Source: a virus (lineage: Duplodnaviria; Caudoviricetes). From it: 64,000 nt of DNA. Position 1 is the first letter of the stretch. Every line of letters begins with the position of its first letter. The position numbers and the translations under genes are program-made. The stretch spans positions 24,561 through 88,560 of the IMG/VR virus record IMGVR_UViG_3300028048_000113, one strand, 5' to 3'. The notes beneath the pieces are model-generated. The model ran no database searches, was not told the DNA's origin, and worked only from the letters and a program-made list of their open reading frames with translations. Shown here piece by piece: positions 57,086-64,000 of this stretch.

Positions 57086-57766
57086 ATGTATGAAGTTTAT
57101 GTTTATATAAGTAATAAATATAGAAAAGCTTATTCTAATCCTGACACATTTCTAGATAGTTTATCAACTGAAGATATAAAAGATTTAATGAAAGATCTCC
57201 CATCTGATCTTATGAATAAGCTTTTATTTTGTAACCATTTTCTAAAGATTTGTCATCAGATGGCTATTCATTATCCTCAATTTACAATGAGATGCAAACT
57301 TTCTAATTATGCGCATATTAAGATAGTCTTTGATGATGTTAGTTGTATTGTAGAAGTAGATGATGAAAAACTCAATATGAATTTTAAAGAATATCTAAAT
57401 CATTTTGTGTATTATATATTAGACAGATATTATAAAAGTTTTGGCATAGATCTTATTACTGAAGGAACATGGGATGATTTTGAGAAATCTATTTCATTAA
57501 ATTCATATATCTATTATGACTTTGAGTCTAAATTTCTTAAATATTTTTCAGAAAATATATCAGAACTTGTTAATATAGAAGATATTAAGTTTGATTCAGA
57601 TATGATAAAGACTATAACTTTTAATATTGATGTTGAATATTTAAATTTACTTCTTAATGAAGTATTAAATGACATTAATATAGAAAATAGAACAAAGATT
57701 TACGGTTATATGGCTAAATATTTTAATAAAATAACAAAAGAATTAACGGAGGGTTATTGTTTATGA
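57086..57766 (+). CDS. Hypothetical protein
   Basis: 226 aa. Confidence 0.55.
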   Translation: MYEVYVYISNKYRKAYSNPDTFLDSLSTEDIKDLMKDLPSDLMNKLLFCNHFLKICHQMAIHYPQFTMRCKLSNYAHIKIVFDDVSCIVEVDDEKLNMNFKEYLNHFVYYILDRYYKSFGIDLITEGTWDDFEKSISLNSYIYYDFESKFLKYFSENISELVNIEDIKFDSDMIKTITFNIDVEYLNLLLNEVLNDINIENRTKIYGYMAKYFNKITKELTEGYCL

Positions 57767-58092
57767 AAATAGATGAAATACCTTATATCACAGAGGAGGT
57801 TTTAGGTTCAGAAAAGGAAGCTCTTATTTATGCTACTAGATTTTATGCTAAGATGCTTGGTGTAACAGAAGAGGAAGCTAAAGAGTATACAGATATTATT
57901 TATAGCATAAAGGAATCTAAAGTGCCAACTGCTATTAGATATGAATTTGTCGATGGCTTTGATTATTTTACAAAATGTTGGTTTACTTATACTAAGAGAG
58001 GTGAAAAGAAGCTAGCTATTTGTGGTTATGTCTGCTGGGCTGTTAAAGATGATGCTAAGACTGAAAAAGAATATGAAAAATTGAGAGGTTAA
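57763..58092 (+). CDS. Hypothetical protein
   Basis: ATGA overlap suggests a start at 57763. Confidence 0.55.
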   Translation: MKIDEIPYITEEVLGSEKEALIYATRFYAKMLGVTEEEAKEYTDIIYSIKESKVPTAIRYEFVDGFDYFTKCWFTYTKRGEKKLAICGYVCWAVKDDAKTEKEYEKLRG

Positions 58093-58095
58093 TGT

Positions 58096-58377
58096 ATGGC
58101 TAGATATGATGCAACTAATTTTAAGAGATTTAAGTCAAATGCTTTTATATTTGAAAGCTTCACAGATCATGACTTTGTAGTTGTTTATCCAACAAAAGCA
58201 TATCCTCATTTTGGTTTTTATTATGTAGAGCATGGATGTCCTGAATATGACTTAAATAAATATGAGTTAGAACTTCCTAAAGATGAAAAGTATGAAATTA
58301 TGGGAATAATTAAGAGCATGAATTTAGATAACTATTGGGAAGATCCAACTGATTATGCTAATATGATTTATAGGTGA
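58096..58377 (+). CDS. Hypothetical protein
   Basis: 93 aa, RBS GAGG. Confidence 0.55.
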   Translation: MARYDATNFKRFKSNAFIFESFTDHDFVVVYPTKAYPHFGFYYVEHGCPEYDLNKYELELPKDEKYEIMGIIKSMNLDNYWEDPTDYANMIYR

Positions 58378-58380
58378 ATT

Positions 58381-58662
58381 ATGATAAAGTTTATTAAATA
58401 TACAGGTGAGGCACCTAATTATTGCAGAGGTGTTCTTACTCTTGAAATAGATGGAAAAATAACTAAATTTGGTTATGATTCTGACTGTGACTATGAACCT
58501 TTCTGGGAAATGGGAGGTGCATGGAATAATGCAGGTTATGGAGAAAGAGAAAAATGGATAGCAGATCCTTTTGCTACATTACCTAAAGAATTAGATATAG
58601 ACAAATTACTTGAAGTAATGAATGAGAATGTAGATCCCGGATGTTGTGGAGGATGCAGTTAA
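58381..58662 (+). CDS. Hypothetical protein ending CCGGC
   Basis: YTGEAPNYCRG...IDG...GCCGGCS. Confidence 0.6.
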   Translation: MIKFIKYTGEAPNYCRGVLTLEIDGKITKFGYDSDCDYEPFWEMGGAWNNAGYGEREKWIADPFATLPKELDIDKLLEVMNENVDPGCCGGCS

Positions 58663-58997
58663 TGATAAAAGTAGAGTGGACAGGAGTATCTCCAACTCTT
58701 TGCATGGGAAACTGGCATATCTTTATAGATGGTGTTGACTATTCAGATAAGATACCAGAAAAACTAAGAAGAGAGCCAATGAAAACTTATGGTAAGTATA
58801 GTAAATGGCATTTTGATAGTAACACACCCTATGAAGTTTGGGAAACCTATAAAGACGGTCTTGATGAGGAAGACTGGATTGAGGAAAATAATTATTGGCT
58901 CTCTACTATTACAAATAACTATAACATAAAGTGTGGAATTTATAGAGCTATTCAAGAACAAGACTGGAGATTTAACTCCTGTGGAGGTTGTATATGA
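58662..58997 (+). CDS. Hypothetical protein ending SCGGC (paralog of previous)
   Basis: WTGVSPTLCMG...IDG...NSCGGCI; TAATG coupling. Confidence 0.6.
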   Translation: MIKVEWTGVSPTLCMGNWHIFIDGVDYSDKIPEKLRREPMKTYGKYSKWHFDSNTPYEVWETYKDGLDEEDWIEENNYWLSTITNNYNIKCGIYRAIQEQDWRFNSCGGCI

Positions 58998-59407
58998 TGG
59001 AAGAATATTATACACCAGAGTTTAAGGCTTTGGTAAATGCAATGAAGACTCAAATATTGCCTCTTAGTGATGTATCAAATATGTTTAACATAAAGGCAGA
59101 AAGAGATTTAATAACCGTACATAAAAAGTGGGATGGAACACCTACTATTTGTATGATAGAGATAAGATATGATGACTCTTCTATGAAATTTAATTTTCAT
59201 GGAAAAGCAGAATTTAAAATGTTTGGTTATGGCTTTATTATAACAGATGATATAAATAACATAGAGGAATGGAATAGATTTTTAAATAAAACAAAGAAAT
59301 TTATTGAAGTAACTACAAATGATTATCCTGAATATACACAAAGCTTTTTACAATTGATAGAAGAGGTATATAATGTAATTAATACATTAAAATTAAAAGG
59401 AGAATGA
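58994..59407 (+). CDS. Hypothetical protein
   Basis: ATGA overlap. Confidence 0.55.
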   Translation: MMEEYYTPEFKALVNAMKTQILPLSDVSNMFNIKAERDLITVHKKWDGTPTICMIEIRYDDSSMKFNFHGKAEFKMFGYGFIITDDINNIEEWNRFLNKTKKFIEVTTNDYPEYTQSFLQLIEEVYNVINTLKLKGE

Positions 59408-59408
59408 T

Positions 59409-59963
59409 ATGTCTAATAATGCTAATATAAAATTTTTAGTACTTAAGTTAGACACTGCTTATAAAAATAGAATTGAAGATTTTAAGGTTATAGCTATGGA
59501 TATGTTTGGCTTTGAAAGCTTTAATAAACTATTATTTATAGAAGGTTATAATGATTGTTGTGATAATTTTCTAGTTGACCAAAGTGCTTATAATACAGTT
59601 GATCTAACAAAATGTTTTAAAGAAAATGAAGATAAAATTGAGGTAATTGAAGATGAATTACATACAATGGCTACTCATTGTATTGAAGGTTTAATTCTTC
59701 AGCAAATATATGCTATTATAGTTAATGATGATGCCTTTAATTATCCAAATATTGACTGGTTAGAATATGCTAGATATTTGAGTAAGAATATCTCAGAATT
59801 AGCATTGTGGTCAAAGCCTAATACTAGAGATGGAAATGTTAATCTTCTTTTTGATATTGATATGGCATACTTGACACATATAACAAATGAATTTAATCCT
59901 GATATTTTAGATAAAAGTGATTTTAATGTAGGATTATTGTTAGGCAAGAATGGAATAAATTAA
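59409..59963 (+). CDS. Hypothetical protein
   Basis: 184 aa. Confidence 0.55.
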   Translation: MSNNANIKFLVLKLDTAYKNRIEDFKVIAMDMFGFESFNKLLFIEGYNDCCDNFLVDQSAYNTVDLTKCFKENEDKIEVIEDELHTMATHCIEGLILQQIYAIIVNDDAFNYPNIDWLEYARYLSKNISELALWSKPNTRDGNVNLLFDIDMAYLTHITNEFNPDILDKSDFNVGLLLGKNGIN

Positions 59964-59974
59964 GGAGAAACAAA

Positions 59975-60520
59975 ATGGATCTAGAAATGATAGAAAATAT
60001 TAGTGGCTTTGATAAAATGGTTGATCATTTCCCTATTGAAAAAAGAGGTAATGATTATTTTTCCACTGAAGATAATAAAAAAGTAGAATTTGCTGGATGT
60101 TTTTGTCTTCCTTTTGATGTATTTGCCAAATTAGTAGAAGAAAATAGAGATAGATTTTCAGATATAGATTATTTTGTAGATGCAATGCAAAAACCACCTT
60201 TAAAAGGTATTGTAAAACTATTTTGTAAAGAAATGCAACCATATTATCCAAATAGAAAATATAAAGTAACTAGAGAAGACTCAGTATATGATAAGTTATA
60301 TAGTGTATTTATATTTTTTAATAATCCAGTATTTATAAAAGAAGGATTTTTGCTTGATAATAAACCATTTTTAATTCAAATAGCAGAAAATCTTTTTACT
60401 ACTGAGCAGATATTACATGTTATTTCAATTTCAGAATTTAGATTAGTACCTGAACTTTGTGAATGGGATATAGACGAAGACAATACTCTTTTATTACAAT
60501 TTAGGCATAAAGATATTTAA
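59975..60520 (+). CDS. Hypothetical protein
   Basis: 181 aa, RBS AAGGAG. Confidence 0.55.
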   Translation: MDLEMIENISGFDKMVDHFPIEKRGNDYFSTEDNKKVEFAGCFCLPFDVFAKLVEENRDRFSDIDYFVDAMQKPPLKGIVKLFCKEMQPYYPNRKYKVTREDSVYDKLYSVFIFFNNPVFIKEGFLLDNKPFLIQIAENLFTTEQILHVISISEFRLVPELCEWDIDEDNTLLLQFRHKDI

Positions 60521-60532
60521 GGAGAATAACAC

Positions 60533-61024
60533 ATGTCAGAATATGAAAAGTTAGAAGAATATTTAGAAGGTTTATGTATTTGTGATGACATTAGTAGAAA
60601 TGAAATGTATGCTATACTAAACAATTATGAAAAATGGGATAAAAATGATATTGATGAAAAGTACTATTATTATGATGGTATAAAATACATGCATTCACCT
60701 GAGCATAGTTTAGATAATTTTGCTCTTGTTTGTGGTGAAGTTTCTAAAGTAATTGATCCAGATATAAAAGTCAAGATAGAAAGTGACACCAGAATAAAAA
60801 TTAGTGTCAAAGTTAATAAAGGAATTAATGCAACTTGTGTTTTAGATGTTACTGGGAAGAAATCTAAAGTAAAATATAAATTACATGATGCAGACCAAAT
60901 AGATACTTATGATAATTTCATTGATGCTACAAATGGTTTTTGGCAATGTTTAAAAGATCTTGAAGATAAAAAGCATTTAACAGAACTGGAAGCATTTTTT
61001 GATTCAGCTTATAATTTGTATTGA
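60533..61024 (+). CDS. Hypothetical protein
   Basis: 163 aa, RBS AAGGAG. Confidence 0.55.
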   Translation: MSEYEKLEEYLEGLCICDDISRNEMYAILNNYEKWDKNDIDEKYYYYDGIKYMHSPEHSLDNFALVCGEVSKVIDPDIKVKIESDTRIKISVKVNKGINATCVLDVTGKKSKVKYKLHDADQIDTYDNFIDATNGFWQCLKDLEDKKHLTELEAFFDSAYNLY

Positions 61025-61030
61025 GGTTAT

Positions 61031-61813
61031 ATGATTAAATTTTTATTACAAAAGAATGACATAGAAAGTGAAGATGAATATATTATTGTTAAAAACATTT
61101 TAGACAATAATAATCTTTACTATGAAGAAATAACTCAAGATGAGTTATCATCTTATTGTGATAAGAAATATATTCCAATTGGTAATATTGAATTTGTTAG
61201 AGAAGCAATTCAAATAATGTATCAACCAGATTTTATTGAACAACCAATTGAGATACCTACATATCTTCAAACTCCAGAATTTCTAAAGAGAACCTATAAG
61301 ATATGTAAGTGGAATGAAATTCCTAGAAAAGGTAAATGGTTCATTAAAGATGCATCTAAAATGAAATATTTTAGAGTATATGCTGATACTGAATTCATTA
61401 TAGATGATGAAATATTTGATTATCAGCCTAAATTTAGTTATGATAACTCAATAAGTTTACCAAAATCTGATGATTATATTGTTAGCTCTCCATATAGAAT
61501 TGACTCAGAATATAGAATTTATGTCATTGATAGTAAAATAGTAAACTCAGAATTCTATTTAGGCACTAGTGATGTAAAACCAGATATGGCTTTAATAGAG
61601 AAAGCAGTTGAGTTAATAAACACTAATGAAAAATGGTTAAAATCATATTCATTAGATGTTATGGTTGGAGAATTAGGAACAGCTATTATTGAAATACATA
61701 ACTTTTCTGCTATTGGATTGTATAATAGGAAATTTGATAAAGAAATATTAACTACATATACTCAAGGAATTGAGTATTACTTAAATGATAATAGAATAAA
61801 ATATAAGGAGTAA
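61031..61813 (+). CDS. ATP-grasp domain protein (DUF4343/R2K-like)
   Basis: PIGNIEFV, WFIKD..K, SEYRIYVIDSKIV, YSLDV, IIEIHNF.AIGLY. Confidence 0.68.
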   Translation: MIKFLLQKNDIESEDEYIIVKNILDNNNLYYEEITQDELSSYCDKKYIPIGNIEFVREAIQIMYQPDFIEQPIEIPTYLQTPEFLKRTYKICKWNEIPRKGKWFIKDASKMKYFRVYADTEFIIDDEIFDYQPKFSYDNSISLPKSDDYIVSSPYRIDSEYRIYVIDSKIVNSEFYLGTSDVKPDMALIEKAVELINTNEKWLKSYSLDVMVGELGTAIIEIHNFSAIGLYNRKFDKEILTTYTQGIEYYLNDNRIKYKE

Positions 61814-61818
61814 TAATA

Positions 61819-63243
61819 ATGATAAGACCACTTTTAGGAGGAGGCTGTAGTGAATGTAAGGCTACAGATGATAGAGTAGGCAAAGGACGATGCAAGCATA
61901 TTTTGTGTCAGAGTTCTAGTAATGCTTTAAATACTCTTAATATCATTCAAGAAAGTGGTGGAGAAGCTTATCTTGTTGGTGGTTGTGTTAGAGATATGGT
62001 TCTTAATCAAAAACCTCATGATGAAGATATTACCACTTCTTTAACTCCAGATCAAGTTATTAGTTTATTTGAAAGTAAAGGATATGAAGTAATTCCTACA
62101 GGATTACAACATGGAACAGTAACTGTCATGATGGACGGTGAAGGATATGAAATTACTACATTCAGAAAAGATGGTGATTATTCTGATGGCAGACATCCTG
62201 ATTCTGTTGAGTTTAGTACAAATGTAGAAGATGACTGTAGTAGAAGAGACTTTACTTTTAATGCTATGTATTATGATGGTAAACAAATCGTAGATACTTA
62301 TAATGGTCAGAAAGACATTGAGGATAAGGTAATTAGAACTGTTGGAGATCCTGATGAAAGATTTAATGAGGATGCTCTTAGAATGATGAGAGCAGTTAGA
62401 TTTAGTTCTAAATTAGGATTTACAATAGCTCCAGAAGTTACTGCTTCTATTAGTAAAAATAAGGATCTAATTCATAATGTTTCTGCTGAAAGAATTCAAG
62501 CTGAGATGACAAAAATGCTTCAAGGTCCTAATAAGAGATATGCATTACAAACAATGCAACAAACAGGCTTAATGAAAGAAGTAATGCCTGAGCTTGATGC
62601 TCTTAAATCAGTAAAACAGAAGAGTAAATATCATTATGAAGATGCATTTGAACATACAATGTCTGTTATGGACAATTGTCCTGATGATGTTCAAGTTCAG
62701 TATGCAGCAATGTTTCATGATTTAGGAAAAGGAACTACCAAACAAGTAGATCCTGATGGAACTGAACATTTTAAAGGTCATTCTACAGATTCAGCAAAAC
62801 AAGCTGATGAAATTTGTAGAAGATTAAAAATGTCTACTGCAGATAGAGAAACTATTGTTAAATTAGTTAAGTATCATGACAGACCAGATGATGCTGAGAT
62901 GAAGAATGTCAGAAAATCAGCTGCTAAGTTTGTATATGAACATCAAGACTTAACTGACGATGAATATAAGAAATTAGAGCAATTATGGATAGCTGATAGA
63001 AAGGCTCATAAGGATCCTAATACTGAATCTTTGAATAATTATATTAAGGAACTTGATGGAGTATTAGCTGGACCACATAGAATAAGTGATTTATCTGTTA
63101 AAGGTAATGATTTATTAGCATTAGGTTATAAAGGACCTCAAATTGGTAAGGCACAGAAATACTTATTAAAGCAATCTCTTACTAATAATACAAATGATAA
63201 GGATAAGTTAATTAAATTATTAAATGGTTTTAAAGGAGAATAA
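61819..63243 (+). CDS. cca: CCA-adding tRNA nucleotidyltransferase with HD domain
   Basis: YLVGGCVRD, DEDITT, GTVTV, RRDFTFNAM, EDALRMMRAVRF, ERIQAE, FHDLGK. Confidence 0.9.
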   Translation: MIRPLLGGGCSECKATDDRVGKGRCKHILCQSSSNALNTLNIIQESGGEAYLVGGCVRDMVLNQKPHDEDITTSLTPDQVISLFESKGYEVIPTGLQHGTVTVMMDGEGYEITTFRKDGDYSDGRHPDSVEFSTNVEDDCSRRDFTFNAMYYDGKQIVDTYNGQKDIEDKVIRTVGDPDERFNEDALRMMRAVRFSSKLGFTIAPEVTASISKNKDLIHNVSAERIQAEMTKMLQGPNKRYALQTMQQTGLMKEVMPELDALKSVKQKSKYHYEDAFEHTMSVMDNCPDDVQVQYAAMFHDLGKGTTKQVDPDGTEHFKGHSTDSAKQADEICRRLKMSTADRETIVKLVKYHDRPDDAEMKNVRKSAAKFVYEHQDLTDDEYKKLEQLWIADRKAHKDPNTESLNNYIKELDGVLAGPHRISDLSVKGNDLLALGYKGPQIGKAQKYLLKQSLTNNTNDKDKLIKLLNGFKGE

Positions 63244-63246
63244 TAT

Positions 63247-63669
63247 ATGTTTTATTTAATGAATAATCTAAAACAACCTTTAGTAAAAATTTTAGCAATT
63301 GCTTTATCAGTAATAACATTTTGGGGAGTATTTGCAGCTACATTAACATTATTATCGAGATTAGAATTTACTAATGAGGCTACTGCTACTGTAGTAGACA
63401 AATATATATCAGATGATGGTTGGTATATAACAGTAACTTATACTTATGATGGTGTAGATTATAGAGAAAACTATCAGTCTTCTAATTATCAAGTTGGAGA
63501 TAAGTTTTCAATATTCTTAAAATATAATAATCCACGTTATTTTTATGATGCTAGTAGTAATGTATCAACAGAGAGTATTTTTTGTTATGTAGTAGCAGCT
63601 GTTTGGTTTGGTATATGTATTATACTAGACATAAGCTATTTTGTATTTCATAAAAAATTGATTACTTAA
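63247..63669 (+). CDS. Two-TM membrane protein (DUF3592-like layout)
   Basis: TM - beta-rich loop (VTYTYDG, YQVGD) - TM. Confidence 0.5.
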   Translation: MFYLMNNLKQPLVKILAIALSVITFWGVFAATLTLLSRLEFTNEATATVVDKYISDDGWYITVTYTYDGVDYRENYQSSNYQVGDKFSIFLKYNNPRYFYDASSNVSTESIFCYVVAAVWFGICIILDISYFVFHKKLIT

Positions 63670-63701
63670 ATAAAGTTCTAAAAAGTATAAGGAGATTAAC
63701 T

Positions 63702-64000
63702 ATGACAATTGATGAAATGAAACAAACAGTTAAGGTTGAATTACAGAAAGCATTTAAAGGTTCTTATGAAGTATTTGAATCTGATAATAGTGATTTATTT
63801 AATGATGATGAGCAGTATGCATTTGAGGCTGTTTTAGAGAAAAATATAACCGCTGCAGTTGCATATCTAGACAAAGATAACAAATGGAGATTTTGCTTAG
63901 CAATTGGTGATTTAGATAGTAATTGGGATGTGCCTACTAAATATGAATCAAAATCAGAAAATTTAGCATCTGCAATTGAAAAAGCCATTGCAGAATTTAA
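63702..64000 (+). CDS. Hypothetical protein, 3' truncated by window edge
   Basis: ATG 63702 behind AAGGAG; frame open to the end. Confidence 0.55.
   Translation, partial: MTIDEMKQTVKVELQKAFKGSYEVFESDNSDLFNDDEQYAFEAVLEKNITAAVAYLDKDNKWRFCLAIGDLDSNWDVPTKYESKSENLASAIEKAIAEF

Noticed and set aside
1575-63988. Minus-strand ORFs and short nested plus-strand ORFs in the six-frame track
   Set aside because: They all overlap longer, motif-bearing plus-strand genes, lack RBSs and show shadow-frame composition (Ile/Ser/Phe-rich).
1-64000. Alternative genetic code (stop-codon reassignment), as seen in some gut phages
   Set aside because: Long conserved genes are intact under code 11, coding density is high, and TGA/TAA/TAG ends coincide with next-gene starts or terminators.
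1-64000. tRNA, rRNA genes and CRISPR arrays
   Set aside because: I saw no T-arm GTTCGA cloverleaf context, rRNA-like segment or regularly spaced identical repeats. A tRNAscan/CRISPR scan would be needed to be certain.

Overview
This is a 64 kb, very AT-rich, gene-dense window. Every credible gene is on the + strand, and standard code 11 fits. It reads like the replication/transcription/metabolism arm of a large (jumbo-type) phage or phage-like element of a low-GC Gram-positive host. That is inferred from AAGGAG RBSs and TG-extended -10 boxes; no capsid, terminase or tail gene is visible here, so virion status is unproven. Core modules: (1) RecA, Holliday resolvase-like nuclease, replication initiator, DnaC, DnaB, DnaG, type II topoisomerase B/A and a SNF2 helicase. 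(2) A minimal multisubunit RNA polymerase (753-aa beta plus split beta-prime, catalytic DVDGD) and an RpoD-like sigma. The sigma's altered region 4.2 matches a window-wide TTTAC(A/T)-N16-18-TATAAT promoter class, and a second conserved upstream motif (CTATTTAATTATATA) is also present. (3) A probable cytosine hypermodification pathway: a dNMP kinase-dCMP hydroxymethylase fusion, a T-even-type hmC glycosyltransferase and a divergent C5 methyltransferase, with strong patchy CpG depletion. (4) CoA-pathway genes coaC, coaB and coaD, plus an unusual CoaB-fold/class II aldolase fusion. (5) tRNA end-repair enzymes (Thg1, CCA-adding enzyme), HflK/HflC, a 14-copy Cys-rich repeat array, membrane-anchored proteins including an HNH nuclease, and candidate sRNA/minigene elements. 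All family calls come from motif recognition by eye; no database searches were run.
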